NCBI GenBank assembly: GCA_964655195.1 | Contig: CAZZLK010000021.1 | Span: 3,377-67,376 of the forward strand | Length of the DNA stretch: 64,000 nt | From: an uncultured bacterium | Lineage (GTDB): Bacteria; DUMJ01 | Direction of reading: 5' to 3' | Shown here: positions 53,675 through 64,000 of the stretch, one piece after another | Position numbering within the stretch: position 1 is the first letter of the stretch | Layout of the letters: each line of letters begins with the position of its first letter | The notes under the pieces: model-generated | What the model was told of the DNA's origin: nothing | Database searches by the model: none | Seen by the model: the letters and a program-made list of their open reading frames with translations, nothing else | Translations under genes and position numbers: made by a program

Positions 53675-54841
53675 CTAAGTCTCCTCCAACCTAAATCTCT
53701 TTATTGTAAATATTAGACAGAAGATGATCCAGAGAGCAGGAACAGTTATAGTGAGATAGAAAGGATATGGAGATTTCATTATTCCCAAAGCGTCTCTTAT
53801 ACCAGAAGCCAGATATGTAATAGGGTTAATGAGAACAATCCACCTTATAGCCCAAGGGACACCTGTAACAGGAAAGTATATCCCACCTAGAAACTGTAAT
53901 GGAAAATTTAATATCTGACTTATGGCATTGGCACTACCGGTAGTTTTAGAAACAGAAGCAAGGAAGAAGCCAAGCGAAGAAAGACAAAGCACTGTAAGTG
54001 CAGTATAACCTATAAATGGGAGAGATAAAGGATCGATGGTGGTCTTGTATACGAACTTCGCCATTAAAGTAATAAGTGTCACTTGAATTATGATGAGGTA
54101 GATCTTGGAGATTATGTATGAGATGATAAATCTCGACTTAGGCAGTACGGTAACACTTATCCTCTTCAAGATTCCAGTCTCTTTAAGCCATACCAGATCC
54201 ATACCTATACCAAAGAGTCCTGTCATAAAGATAACAAATATCACTATTCCAGGATAAATAAAATCTATATAGGAGAATGTACTCTTTGTACCAACAATCT
54301 CCGTCTCACTTTCAATCCTCCTCAACTGATATCCGGCTTTTCTAATAAATTCAAACTCTAACTTCTCCAATATGTTCTTCACTATAAGATATGCAGACTC
54401 TGAAGATGTATCGTATTTTAGAGAGTAGACATTGATAACAGGAGGAGATGGAGATACTCCCAGACCCTTTAACATAAAGAAATTTAACATCTGAGCATCA
54501 AATCCTTCCGGTATCTCCACAATAAGATTAACCTTTCTCGCTTTAAGTTTTTCTAATTCTCTTTTCAGATTCTCTTCTGAATTCTGAACCAACGAAAGTC
54601 TAAATATCCTGTTTTCCCCTTTACTGAGCTCTTTGAAGACTCTCTCTATAATCTCTGCAAAAGTTCCCTTTTGAGAGAGTAATGTCAGATTAAAAGTTAC
54701 ATCCTTAGGTTCATATATAGATGGAAAGATGAGCATCAGGATCACAAAAAGAATAACTGGAAATATTATAAGCCAGAATAGATCAAGCTTTTCCCTCACA
54801 AGAGACTTGAAAAAATAGTTAGCTAATCTAATTATCTGCAT
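53675..54841 (-). CDS. ABC-2 family transporter permease
   Basis: Same architecture as the downstream permease. Confidence 0.7.
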   Translation of the reverse strand: MQIIRLANYFFKSLVREKLDLFWLIIFPVILFVILMLIFPSIYEPKDVTFNLTLLSQKGTFAEIIERVFKELSKGENRIFRLSLVQNSEENLKRELEKLKARKVNLIVEIPEGFDAQMLNFFMLKGLGVSPSPPVINVYSLKYDTSSESAYLIVKNILEKLEFEFIRKAGYQLRRIESETEIVGTKSTFSYIDFIYPGIVIFVIFMTGLFGIGMDLVWLKETGILKRISVTVLPKSRFIISYIISKIYLIIIQVTLITLMAKFVYKTTIDPLSLPFIGYTALTVLCLSSLGFFLASVSKTTGSANAISQILNFPLQFLGGIYFPVTGVPWAIRWIVLINPITYLASGIRDALGIMKSPYPFYLTITVPALWIIFCLIFTIKRFRLEET

Positions 54842-55767
54842 TACTCTTCCCTCAAAGACCTACCAGTAAGAGATAGGAATACGTCCTCAAGATTGGGCTG
54901 TCTTATCACAACATCCTTTATCTGAAGAGAACTTTCTTTAGAGAGTCTCAGAAGGAGTTCAATAGTAGCCAGTATATCATTTGTCTTTAATAAGAGTCTC
55001 TTATGTTTCTTATCATATACAGGTTCCAGGCCTGCACTGCTAAGTCTCTCTATCATTACTGAATTAGCTTCAAGCTCGACCTCTATAAGACTCTCCTTTT
55101 CCAGATCTCTTATAAGACTCTGCGGGTCTCCTTCTTTTATTATCTTCCCACGATCCATTATGCAGACCCAGTCAGATAGAAACTCCGCTTCTTCCATATA
55201 ATGAGTTGTAAGTATTATAGTTTTCCCTTTTCTCTTCAGGTCAAGGAGTAAATCCCAAGTATTCCTTCGAGCCTGTGGATCAAGACCTGTTGTGGGCTCG
55301 TCCAGAAACAGTATCAAAGGGTCATTAATCATAGCCAGTCCAATCACAAGTCTCTGCTTTTGACCACCGGATAGATTTTTTATATATGTATTTCCCTTAT
55401 CTTCCAGAGATACCATCCTTAAAACCTCATCAACATCAAGTGACCTCGGGAAGATGGTCTTAAACATATCCAAAGTCTCTCTAACGGTAAGGTAAGGGAT
55501 AAGATTAGTTTCCTGCAGAGAGACACCTATATACTCTTTCTGTTTATTCCCTACCCTAGTTATCTCTTCTCCCATAAAGATAATTCTTCCTTCATCTGGT
55601 ATCCTTAGACCCTCTATGATCTCTATGGTGGTGGTCTTTCCTGCCCCATTAGGGCCAAGGAGAGTAAAGATAGATCCCTGTTTTACCTTAAAACTAACCC
55701 CATCAACAGCCTTAACCGGTCCATAATACTTCTTTATATTCTCTACCTCTAGAATAAAATCAGCCAT
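54841..55767 (-). CDS. ABC transporter ATP-binding protein
   Basis: Walker A GPNGAGKTT, signature LSGGQKQRL, Walker B LFLDEPT. Confidence 0.9.
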   Translation of the reverse strand: MADFILEVENIKKYYGPVKAVDGVSFKVKQGSIFTLLGPNGAGKTTTIEIIEGLRIPDEGRIIFMGEEITRVGNKQKEYIGVSLQETNLIPYLTVRETLDMFKTIFPRSLDVDEVLRMVSLEDKGNTYIKNLSGGQKQRLVIGLAMINDPLILFLDEPTTGLDPQARRNTWDLLLDLKRKGKTIILTTHYMEEAEFLSDWVCIMDRGKIIKEGDPQSLIRDLEKESLIEVELEANSVMIERLSSAGLEPVYDKKHKRLLLKTNDILATIELLLRLSKESSLQIKDVVIRQPNLEDVFLSLTGRSLREE

Positions 55768-56230
55768 TACCTCCCTCTTTTTCTCTCAATATCTCTTCTG
55801 CAATTCTTCTTACAGTCTCACCCTCAGCCTTACCTTTTAAATCCTTCATTGCCTCTTTCATCACCCTACCAAGGTCTTTTACATTAACAGCCCCTACATC
55901 TTTTATAATCCTTTGTAAAGTTGCTCTAATATCTTCCTCTGAAAGTTGCTCTGGAAGATATCCCTGTAGTATCTTTAATTCTTCGGATTCCTTTTCAGCA
56001 AGCTCTAATCTTCCACCATGTTTATAGAGCTCTATGGATTCTCTTCTTCTTTTTATCTCCTGCTTTATAAGTTCTATGATATCACTATCCTCTAAAGTCC
56101 TGCCTTTACCCTTGGCTTCTATCTCCTTATACTTGATATTAGACTTAAGTAGATTTAATACACTTTCTCTCAAGGTATCTCTAGCCTTCTTTGCCTCGAT
56201 ATAGTCTCTGTTTATCTTTTCAAGAAGCAT
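55760..56230 (-). CDS. GatB/YqeY-domain protein
   Basis: 156 aa helical protein with the YqeY-like N-terminus ..YIEAKKARD.. Confidence 0.7.
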   Translation of the reverse strand: MLLEKINRDYIEAKKARDTLRESVLNLLKSNIKYKEIEAKGKGRTLEDSDIIELIKQEIKRRRESIELYKHGGRLELAEKESEELKILQGYLPEQLSEEDIRATLQRIIKDVGAVNVKDLGRVMKEAMKDLKGKAEGETVRRIAEEILREKEGGNG

Positions 56231-56309
56231 AAAAAACCTCCCATCCTTGATATAAGATTCTTCAATAAAATTATAACAGGTTCTTAAAAGTCTTCAATAA
56301 ATATTAAAC

Positions 56310-56975
56310 CTAGCTCTCTTTTAGTCCTCTCAACCTTAGCTCTGCCAGGGCAGATTCTTTTTCTAATCTTATATGTTCCCTACAGTAAAATTCCACATTC
56401 TGTACATTTCTCTTTTCTAGGTTTTGCAATATCTTCTTGTGTTCCTGAAGAGAACTTTCAAGCCTACCTGGTAATGTACAGACTATTGGCAGGACTAATC
56501 TCAGCTGATCATCCAGTATAGAGAGGAAATATATGAGCCTTTTATCCTCGGTAAGTTCTCTCAAGACTGTATGGAAATTTCTATCTGCTTCTTCATATTT
56601 TATGAAGTCACTACTTTTGGCATACCTTTCAGAATCACTTATTATGGTGTTTAGTCTCAAGATGCCAGTATCATTTATCTTCTCAGTCACTCTTCTACCA
56701 CATAGACCTTCTAGATACTCCCTAAGTGTATATATCTCTTCGATATCTTTTAGTGTCAATACAGAGACAAAGGCTCCACGTCTAGGAATATTCTGTACCA
56801 ATCCCTCTTTCTCAAGCGCTATAAGTGCCTCCTTTATAGGCGTAGGACTTACATTAAATCTCCTTGTGAGGTCCTCTACTGTAAGCTTCATTCCACTCTG
56901 CAGGTCTCTATTGAGGATAGCCCGCTTTATACTATCATAGACTGCTAACCTGAGATCCATGACCTCACTTTCCAT
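56310..56975 (-). CDS. GntR-family transcriptional regulator (FadR/FCD-type C-terminal domain)
   Basis: N-terminal winged HTH (..LTVEDLTRRFNVSPTPIKEAL..) and an all-helical C-terminal domain. Confidence 0.85.
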   Translation of the reverse strand: MESEVMDLRLAVYDSIKRAILNRDLQSGMKLTVEDLTRRFNVSPTPIKEALIALEKEGLVQNIPRRGAFVSVLTLKDIEEIYTLREYLEGLCGRRVTEKINDTGILRLNTIISDSERYAKSSDFIKYEEADRNFHTVLRELTEDKRLIYFLSILDDQLRLVLPIVCTLPGRLESSLQEHKKILQNLEKRNVQNVEFYCREHIRLEKESALAELRLRGLKES

Positions 56976-57119
56976 CTTGCCCTTCCTCCTTTCTCTTATC
57001 CTTTATCTTAGATTATAAGATTAAATTCAATATGAAACAAGATGTCGTATTAATGAAAATAAATTATTAATCGAGAAAGAAATTTAATTTTATATTGAAC
57101 TACAGATAAGATATAATTA

Positions 57120-57133
57120 CTTAGGCGCCTAAG
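57120..57133. promoter_or_regulatory. GC-rich perfect palindrome CTTAGGCGCCTAAG upstream of the GntR gene and downstream of the malic enzyme gene
   Basis: A 14-bp perfect palindrome in otherwise AT-rich spacer. Could be an operator or a short terminator-like hairpin. Confidence 0.3.
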
Positions 57134-57176
57134 AAGGAGATACGGAAATAAATTTCAGGTCAATCAGTATTAACTA

Positions 57177-58310
57177 CTATACAAAAACCTCTGCCACTTT
57201 CTCCACTACCAGAGGATTAAATGGACTTGGAATTATAATGCCTCTCTCTAATTCTTCTTCTGTCACTAGGCTTGCTATCGCCTTGGCAGATTCTATCTTT
57301 ATCTTGCTATCAATCCTTCTTCCCGACTTGAGTGCACCTTTTATTAGCCCTGGGAAAACCAGGAGATTATTTATCTGATTTGGATAGTCTGATCTACCGG
57401 TAGCTACAACCCTGGCACCAGCAGAAAGTGCCTCATTATAATCTATCTCCGGTATTGGATTAGCCATAGCAAAGACTATTGGATAAGATGCCATACTCAT
57501 TATCATATCTTTACTGACAATACCTGGAGCTGATAGTCCTATAAATATATCTGCCCCTTTTATTGCATCCTTCAACTCACCTGATAGTTTCTCTGGATTT
57601 GTCTTCTGAGCAAGTCTAAATTTATCTTCATTTAGGTCTTTTCTATTTTCATTTATAATCCCCTTACTATCACAGATGATTATATGTTTAAAGCCAAAAT
57701 CCAGTAGAAGATAAGTAACTGCTGTACCTGCTGCACCTGCCCCGGATATAACAACCTTAACATCTTCTTTCTCCTTTTTCACCACCTTCAATGCATTTAT
57801 CAGGCCTGCTAGGACTGCAACCGCTGTTCCGTGCTGATCATCATGAAAGAATGGAATATCCAACCTCTCACTCAGGGACTCCTCAACCCTGAAACACTCA
57901 GGAGCTTTTATGTCCTCAAGCAGGATAAGCCCAAACGTAGGTGCAATAGAACACACTATCTCTACTGTCTCCTCCCAGGATTTTGACCTTATACATATAG
58001 GGACGGCATTTACTCCGGCGAACTTCTTTATGAGCAGGGCTTTCCCTTCCATAACTGGAAGAGCAGATTCTGGTCCAACATTACCTAGCCCTAATACTGC
58101 ACTTCCATCACTTACTACCGCAACTGTATTGCTCTTCCAAGTATAATCATAAACTTTACCCCTATCTTTGGCTATCTCCTGAGAAACAAACCCTACCCCA
58201 GGTGTATATACCAAGCTGAGATCATTCTTATCTAAAACATCCACTTTGGATTCTATAGAGAGTTTTCCCTTCAGATATCTATGTAATTCCAATGCTAATT
58301 CTTTACTCAA
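57177..58310 (-). CDS. NAD(P)-dependent malic enzyme (short form)
   Basis: N-terminus ..LSLVYTPGVG.. and the Rossmann motif GAGAAG of ~380-aa malic enzymes. Confidence 0.88.
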   Translation of the reverse strand: MSKELALELHRYLKGKLSIESKVDVLDKNDLSLVYTPGVGFVSQEIAKDRGKVYDYTWKSNTVAVVSDGSAVLGLGNVGPESALPVMEGKALLIKKFAGVNAVPICIRSKSWEETVEIVCSIAPTFGLILLEDIKAPECFRVEESLSERLDIPFFHDDQHGTAVAVLAGLINALKVVKKEKEDVKVVISGAGAAGTAVTYLLLDFGFKHIIICDSKGIINENRKDLNEDKFRLAQKTNPEKLSGELKDAIKGADIFIGLSAPGIVSKDMIMSMASYPIVFAMANPIPEIDYNEALSAGARVVATGRSDYPNQINNLLVFPGLIKGALKSGRRIDSKIKIESAKAIASLVTEEELERGIIIPSPFNPLVVEKVAEVFV

Positions 58311-59136
58311 TAGAATCCTCCAGCGTTAGAGAAAAGTCTATAGCCTTTGCAGAATGAGTAATAGCACCTATAGATATAAAATCTATAGGTAGCCCTACAA
58401 GCTGTTCGATATTATCACTATTTATACCTCCTGAGACTTCAACCTGTGCCCTACCACTTATTATTTTAATCGCCTCTTTTATCTGATCTATACTCATATT
58501 ATCTAGAAGGATTATATCTGCCCCACCCTCCAAAGCCTCTTTTACATCTTCAAGAGAGGCTGCCTCTATCTCTATCTTCATATAGTGTGGAGCATTTCTT
58601 TTGGCTATTTCTAAAGCCTTCTTTACTCCTCCAGCCGCTATTATGTGATTATCTTTTATTAAGATCCCATCGTATAAACCGAATCTGTGATTCTTTCCTC
58701 CCCCTACTCTTACAGCATACTTTTCTAAAAATCTTAAACCGGGTAGAGTCTTCCTGGTGTCAAGGATCTTAACCGAAGGAGGAAGTAATTTAACAAACTT
58801 GTTAGTTGCTGTAGCAATACCGGAAAGATGCGAAAGGAAGTTAAGGGAAACTCTTTCTCCCTTGAGTATACTCTTTACCTTTCCCTTTATAAACATCACC
58901 TTTTCTCCCGGATATATCTCTTCTCCATCTGATTTCAAAAATTCCAATATCAGGCTCTCATCAATAGTACGAAAGACCTCTTTTACTACTTCACAACCAC
59001 AAAGAATCCCTCTCTCCTTACATTTTATATAAGCCTTACCCTTAAGCCCCTCATCTATAATAAGATCTGTTGTTATATCTCCGATTCCTATGTCCTCTTC
59101 TAAAGCTAATGATATTATCCTAGATATGCTATTCAT
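58303..59136 (-). CDS. nadC: Nicotinate-nucleotide pyrophosphorylase (carboxylating)
   Basis: QPRTase fold. 277 aa. Coupled to nadB. Confidence 0.9.
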   Translation of the reverse strand: MNSISRIISLALEEDIGIGDITTDLIIDEGLKGKAYIKCKERGILCGCEVVKEVFRTIDESLILEFLKSDGEEIYPGEKVMFIKGKVKSILKGERVSLNFLSHLSGIATATNKFVKLLPPSVKILDTRKTLPGLRFLEKYAVRVGGGKNHRFGLYDGILIKDNHIIAAGGVKKALEIAKRNAPHYMKIEIEAASLEDVKEALEGGADIILLDNMSIDQIKEAIKIISGRAQVEVSGGINSDNIEQLVGLPIDFISIGAITHSAKAIDFSLTLEDSIE

Positions 59137-60713
59137 AGCCTTCCTTTCTTCTTTATAATATGTTTTTGCCAGTAAATATCGTCTCTATAAGGATAGTCGA
59201 TCCTAAAATGGGCACCTCTACTTTCCTTTCTCTCTAAGGCGCTCTCAGCAATCAGCTTTGCAAGTAGGAGCATATTTTTAGTCTCAACATCTTTAAAATT
59301 GTTAACCGGTACATCCATTACCTCTGTCTGTATCTTTTCTAACTCTTCTATCAAGAACCTCAGCCCCTTCTCTTCCCTTCTGATTCCACAGTACTTCCAC
59401 ATAAGAGACTGCATCCTGTATCTAAATTCACCTAGAGCCTCATCCTTATATATCTTCTTATCCAAAGCCTTTATACCTCTTATAACCTCTATATCTCCGT
59501 TGTTGAATACATAGTTAGAAACCTCTTGAGCTATAATTTTACCAAAAACTAGACCCTCTAGCAAAGAGTTACTTGCCATTCTATTTGCACCATGTATCCC
59601 AGTTCCAGCACATTCACCACAGGCGTATAAACCCTTTATACTGGTTTCCCCCCTAAGATTTGTCCTTATGCCTCCCATCATATAGTGGGCTCCTGGAGCT
59701 ACAGGGATGTAATCCCTGGTAATGTCTATACCATATTTTAGACACTCGCTATATATCATAGGAAAGTGGGAGAGGATAAAATCTTTTGGAAGATGTGTTA
59801 TGTCAAGATAAACATAGTCCGAATTTGTCCTTTCCATCTCATCCATAATGATCCTTGAGACAACATCCCTTGGGGCAAGCTCCCCCATCTCATGATATTT
59901 GGGGACAAACCTCTCTCCGTTGATATTTCTCAAGACTCCACCCTCTCCCCTGATCGACTCCGTAATTAACAGCGGAGGAGCTGATGGATGTTTCAATACT
60001 GTAGGGTGGAACTGGACAAATTCCATATCACATAACTCTGCCCCAGCATTATATGCAATAGCCAGTCCATCGCCACAAGCCACAGCTGGATTAGTTGTAA
60101 ATGGATATATCTGACCTATGCCACCAGTAGCTAAAATTATCGCTTTAGAAAATATAGGATAGATCTCTTCTTCTCTTCCATCCCAGACAAGAATCCCCTT
60201 ACATATCCCATCTTCTACGATCAAATCTACAACCATAACCTGATCTCTAACAGGAATTTCTCTTTCCAAGGTATGTCTTATAAGCACATCCATAATAGCC
60301 TTTCCTGTAGAGTCACCCCTGCTGTGGAGAACCCTTCTTCTAGAATGAGCACCTTCTCTTCCTAAATCCAATCTCCCGTTTTCGTCTCTATCAAATTCTA
60401 CGCCAAGCCTGATAAGATCCTCAACTATACTGGGTGCATTATAAACCAGTATCTTTACAGCATCTGGATTACATAGACCATCTCCAGCCCTTATAGTATC
60501 TTGAAAATGGATATCTGGACTATCATCTTCCCCTATAGCAGCAGCTATCCCCCCTTGGGCATTATAAGAATTACTCTCCCTGATATCGCCTTTAGTGACT
60601 ACAAGAACCTTAACCCCTTCCCTTACATTTAAGGCAGTATATAGTCCTGCAATACCGCTTCCTACGATTATTACATCCCAGACATTATTCAATCCAGACA
60701 TTTGACGCTCCAA
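59133..60713 (-). CDS. nadB: L-aspartate oxidase
   Basis: FAD motif VIIVGSGIAGL and succinate-dehydrogenase/fumarate-reductase flavoprotein-like blocks. The 5' end overlaps the dnaE 3' end by 29 nt, or by less if the start is a later Met. Confidence 0.92.
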   Translation of the reverse strand: MERQMSGLNNVWDVIIVGSGIAGLYTALNVREGVKVLVVTKGDIRESNSYNAQGGIAAAIGEDDSPDIHFQDTIRAGDGLCNPDAVKILVYNAPSIVEDLIRLGVEFDRDENGRLDLGREGAHSRRRVLHSRGDSTGKAIMDVLIRHTLEREIPVRDQVMVVDLIVEDGICKGILVWDGREEEIYPIFSKAIILATGGIGQIYPFTTNPAVACGDGLAIAYNAGAELCDMEFVQFHPTVLKHPSAPPLLITESIRGEGGVLRNINGERFVPKYHEMGELAPRDVVSRIIMDEMERTNSDYVYLDITHLPKDFILSHFPMIYSECLKYGIDITRDYIPVAPGAHYMMGGIRTNLRGETSIKGLYACGECAGTGIHGANRMASNSLLEGLVFGKIIAQEVSNYVFNNGDIEVIRGIKALDKKIYKDEALGEFRYRMQSLMWKYCGIRREEKGLRFLIEELEKIQTEVMDVPVNNFKDVETKNMLLLAKLIAESALERKESRGAHFRIDYPYRDDIYWQKHIIKKKGRL

Positions 60714-63700
60714 ATATAGATTGTAATTCTCCTAATAACTTTCCTGATTCTTTTACTTTAAATTCGTTACCAAGGGCTATCTTACAGATCTCTATATCAT
60801 TAACAAGATGAACTATAACGGGAAGATCTCCCGGATACTCTGAGAGGACACTTTTAAGTCTGAATAAGAGAGAATCATCGCACCTGTCTTCTTTGATATT
60901 TATGTGTAAGCTTCTGATCTTGTTACTGTAGAAGGACCTTCCAAGAAGATAGATCTTATCTGCAATAACCTTTACCTCTTCTTCTTTCTTATTAATCTTA
61001 CCCTCAACTATGAATATATTGGTAGAGTTCTCAATATCCTTCTTTATCTCTTTGAGGGTCTTCGGAAAGACAACAACTTCTATACTGCCTGAAAGATCTT
61101 CTAACTGCAAGAAACCCATCTTGCCATTCTTGGTATCTACCAGTTTCACTCCGGAAACCACACCGCCTATGGTCACCAGCGCTTCATCTTCAAAATCCTC
61201 TATATCTTCTATGTTACAGGAAACCCGCTCCTTCAAATCTTCTATATAGTGAAGTAAGGGATTATCAGATATGTAAAGGCCTATAAGGTCCTTTTCCATA
61301 GCTAGAATTTCTTCTATCGGAAATTCTTCTATAGTAGGGATTGGTTCAACTTTCAATCCTTCTGGCTCAAAGAGATTTTTCCTCTTACCCTTCTCCCTAC
61401 TCTTCTTCTCCTGATACTGTTCAAACATTGCCAAAAGTTCTGCCCTGCTTCTACCAAGAGAATCAAATGCGCCTGCTTTTATAAGGCTTTCTATAACCTT
61501 CTTGTTGACCCTCTTCGTATCTATTCTACTAAGAAAATCCTCTAGACTTTTGAATTTACCTCCCTTCTGCCTTACCTCTAAGATTGCCTCCACTGCTCCT
61601 TCCCCTACATTTTTTATAGCTGCCAGACCAAACCTTATACTGTTTCCTACCGGAGTGAAGTGGACATTACTCTCGTTGATATCTGGAGGTAATATTCTTA
61701 TGCCCATTCGTCTTGCCTCTTGAACATACCTAGCAATTTTAGCAGTATTCCCCTCAACGCTCATAAGAAGTGCTGTCATATATGCCAGAGGATAATGGGC
61801 TTTTAAGTAGGCGGACTGATACGCTAGCAAACCGTAGGCTACAGTATGTGACTTATTGAATCCATAACCTGCAAAGTATTCCATCAGGTCAAATACATGA
61901 TTAGCTATTTCTTCAGGAATGCCTCTCTCCAATGCTCCCGTCAAAAACCTGTTTCTCTGCTGAGCCAGGACTTCGGGTAACTTTTTACCCATTGCCCTTC
62001 TGAGAAGATCTGCTTCCCCAAGTGTAAAACCTGCCATTACATTAGCTATCTGCATTACCTGTTCCTGGTAGACTATCACTCCGTATGTGTCTTTAAGAAT
62101 TGGTTCCAGCATAGGATGAGGATATTCTATAGGTTCCTCTCCTCTCTTACGCCTTATAAAGTCACTAACCATACCGCTTCCCAACGGCCCAGGACGGTAA
62201 AGCGCAAGTACGGAGCTTATATCTTCAAAAGATTCTGGCTTCATATCCCTTAACAAATTCCTCATACCAGAACTTTCAAGCTGAAAGACTCCAACTGTCT
62301 CTCCTTCCTGCAAAAGTTTATAAGTCTTTCTATCATCCATTGGTATCTTATTCAGCTCTATATTTTCTCCCGTTGTGTCTTTAATGATCTTTATAGTATT
62401 CTCTAGAAGAGTGAGTGTCCTCAAGCCTAGGAAGTCCATCTTCAGAAGTCCCAACTCTTCAAGATCACCCATCTCGAATTGGGTCATCACATCTCCCTCT
62501 GGTCCTCTCTGAAGAGGGACCAGATCCATAAGAGGAAATTTGGATATAACTACTCCAGCTGCATGTGTTGATGCATGCCTTGGCATTCCCTCTAGCCTCT
62601 TAGCAAAGTTAAGAATATTTCTAGCCCATTCTTCACGCTCATAGAGCTCTCTCAACTCAGGCGAAGACTCTAAGGCCTCTGAGATAGAACTTCCAAAGGG
62701 GATGAGTTTTGCCAATCTATCAACATCAGCGTAAGGTATATTAAGTACTCTTCCTACATCTCTAACCGCCGCTCTGGCCGCCATAGTTCCAAATGTGATG
62801 ATCTGGCATACTTTATCTGAGCCATACTTTTCTGTGACATATCTTATGACCTCCTGCCTCTTCTCATCAGCAAAATCTATGTCTATATCTGGCATACTTA
62901 TCCTTTCTGGATTCAAAAATCTCTCAAATAGAAGTCCCATACCTAAAGGTTCCACGTCGGTAATCCCTAAACAATAGGATACCATACTACCAGCTGCGCT
63001 ACCCCTTCCAGGTCCCACCATTATATTATGAGTCTTGGCAAAGTGGACAACATCCCAGACTATAAGGAAGTAGCCTGGAAATCCCATCATTTCAATTACT
63101 GACAGTTCCTTCTCCAGTCTCTCTCTTGCCTCTTTAGAAGGATTATCTCCATATCTCTTCTTAAAGCCGTCTTCTACCAGCTTCCTGAAATAGCTGACTA
63201 CAGTCTCACCTTCTGGTATGGGATAGTCTGGGATGTGATATTTGCCAAAGGTCAACTCTAAGTTACACCTGTCCGCTATCTCTAATGTATTCTCAAGAGC
63301 TTCAGGTACATCCCGAAAAAGCCCCTCCATCTCCTCCCTGGTTTTGAAATAAAACTCGTTGGTGGGAAATCTCATTTTATCGGGGTCATCTATCTTTTTA
63401 TTTGTTTGAACTCCTAAAAGGATATCATGGTATAGAGCGTCCTCTTTTCTAAGATAATGGACATCATTTGTGATAACAAGAGGGACATTCATCTCTCTTG
63501 CTAATCTCTTCATTACTTCATTGACTCTTTCCTCTTCCTCCATACCATGGTCTTGAAGCTCTAGATAAAACCTATCTTTAAAGACATTTCTATACCAATC
63601 TATAACAGACTTTGCTCCATTTATATCACCCTTAAGTATAAGCTTGGAAATCTCTCCCTGTATACAGGAAGAAAGGGCTATTATACCCTCATTATACTTT

Positions 63701-64000
63701 TCAAGTAGAGACTTATCTGCCCTAGGTTTATAATAAAATCCATTGAGATAAGCTATACTAACTATCCTTGTAAGATTTTTATACCCTGTCTCATCCATAG
63801 CAAGAAGAACCAGGTGATGATTTTCCTCCTGTGGATTCTTCTCGGTCATATCTCCAGGAGAAACATATATCTCACAACCTATTATAGGTTTTATACCTTT
63901 CGCTTTGGCTTTCTTATAAAACTTTATTATGCCATACATATTACCATGATCGGTAATGGCACATGCAGGCATCTCTAACCTTTCCAACTCCTCAACGAGG
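60685..64000 (-). CDS. dnaE: DNA polymerase III alpha subunit (partial; N-terminal ~35 aa lie beyond the window end)
   Basis: PHP-domain sequence ..MPACAITDHGNMYG.. near the window edge. The frame continues upstream to nt 64000. More than 1100 aa are in the window, with the polymerase palm/fingers and a C-terminal OB region. Confidence 0.93.
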   Translation of the reverse strand, partial: LVEELERLEMPACAITDHGNMYGIIKFYKKAKAKGIKPIIGCEIYVSPGDMTEKNPQEENHHLVLLAMDETGYKNLTRIVSIAYLNGFYYKPRADKSLLEKYNEGIIALSSCIQGEISKLILKGDINGAKSVIDWYRNVFKDRFYLELQDHGMEEEERVNEVMKRLAREMNVPLVITNDVHYLRKEDALYHDILLGVQTNKKIDDPDKMRFPTNEFYFKTREEMEGLFRDVPEALENTLEIADRCNLELTFGKYHIPDYPIPEGETVVSYFRKLVEDGFKKRYGDNPSKEARERLEKELSVIEMMGFPGYFLIVWDVVHFAKTHNIMVGPGRGSAAGSMVSYCLGITDVEPLGMGLLFERFLNPERISMPDIDIDFADEKRQEVIRYVTEKYGSDKVCQIITFGTMAARAAVRDVGRVLNIPYADVDRLAKLIPFGSSISEALESSPELRELYEREEWARNILNFAKRLEGMPRHASTHAAGVVISKFPLMDLVPLQRGPEGDVMTQFEMGDLEELGLLKMDFLGLRTLTLLENTIKIIKDTTGENIELNKIPMDDRKTYKLLQEGETVGVFQLESSGMRNLLRDMKPESFEDISSVLALYRPGPLGSGMVSDFIRRKRGEEPIEYPHPMLEPILKDTYGVIVYQEQVMQIANVMAGFTLGEADLLRRAMGKKLPEVLAQQRNRFLTGALERGIPEEIANHVFDLMEYFAGYGFNKSHTVAYGLLAYQSAYLKAHYPLAYMTALLMSVEGNTAKIARYVQEARRMGIRILPPDINESNVHFTPVGNSIRFGLAAIKNVGEGAVEAILEVRQKGGKFKSLEDFLSRIDTKRVNKKVIESLIKAGAFDSLGRSRAELLAMFEQYQEKKSREKGKRKNLFEPEGLKVEPIPTIEEFPIEEILAMEKDLIGLYISDNPLLHYIEDLKERVSCNIEDIEDFEDEALVTIGGVVSGVKLVDTKNGKMGFLQLEDLSGSIEVVVFPKTLKEIKKDIENSTNIFIVEGKINKKEEEVKVIADKIYLLGRSFYSNKIRSLHINIKEDRCDDSLLFRLKSVLSEYPGDLPVIVHLVNDIEICKIALGNEFKVKESGKLLGELQSIFGASNVWIE

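Overview
This 64-kb window comes from a low-GC genome whose proteins are rich in K, E, I and R, with AGA/AGG Arg and ATA Ile codons, as in thermophiles. It is almost entirely tightly packed housekeeping operons on long co-directional blocks. I found no CRISPR array, no tRNA or rRNA gene, and no transposase or integrase.

The + strand block 1-32173 runs: the 3' end of a livG-like ABC ATPase, metK, priA, def, fmt, rsmB, rlmN, a PASTA-domain membrane protein in the prkC position, the two halves of a class I fumarase, upp, wecB, a complete F-type ATP synthase operon (atpZ/I-B-E-F-[H+A fused]-G-D-C), murA, an outer-membrane and lipid A cluster (bamA-skp-lpxD-lpxC-fabZ-lpxA-lpxB plus a second family-19 glycosyltransferase paralog), a DUF3084 protein, a polyprenyl-phosphate sugar transferase and an MsbA-like ABC exporter.

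Next, on the - strand, come a decayed hepT/mntA toxin-antitoxin pair and a MurNAc catabolic cluster (namZ-like, murK-like, murQ). Small + strand islands carry ogg, a rubrerythrin, a rubredoxin-like protein, a DegT aminotransferase and a few small envelope proteins. A nucleoside salvage cluster follows (a minimal nucleotidyltransferase, pdp and punA on the - strand, then tdk). The + strand then carries a DUF1385 protein, prfA, prmC, tsaC, rpiB, glyA, a DUF2233 protein, a GAF protein and an alpha/beta hydrolase. The window ends on the - strand with an ABC-2 exporter, a GatB/YqeY protein, a GntR regulator, a malic enzyme, nadC, nadB and dnaE, which runs off the window edge.

Gene order is Bacillus-like in several places (priA-def-fmt-rsmB-rlmN-prkC; prfA-prmC-tsaC-rpiB-glyA; upp-atp-murA), yet the organism clearly has an outer membrane and lipid A genes. 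That fits a thermophilic low-GC diderm lineage, but the taxon cannot be named from sequence alone.

I see no obvious defence island or mobile element, so the strongest candidates for novelty are single-gene oddities:
- an in-frame delta-alpha ATP synthase fusion;
- a PrkC-derived pseudokinase with PASTA repeats and no adjacent PP2C phosphatase;
- a PriA whose ATPase motifs are all gone;
- an fmt gene whose only plausible start is a non-canonical ATC overlapping def;
- tandem LpxB-family paralogs;
- an apparent habit of leaderless transcripts, with an extended -10 element 5-6 nt before the ATG at three promoters.
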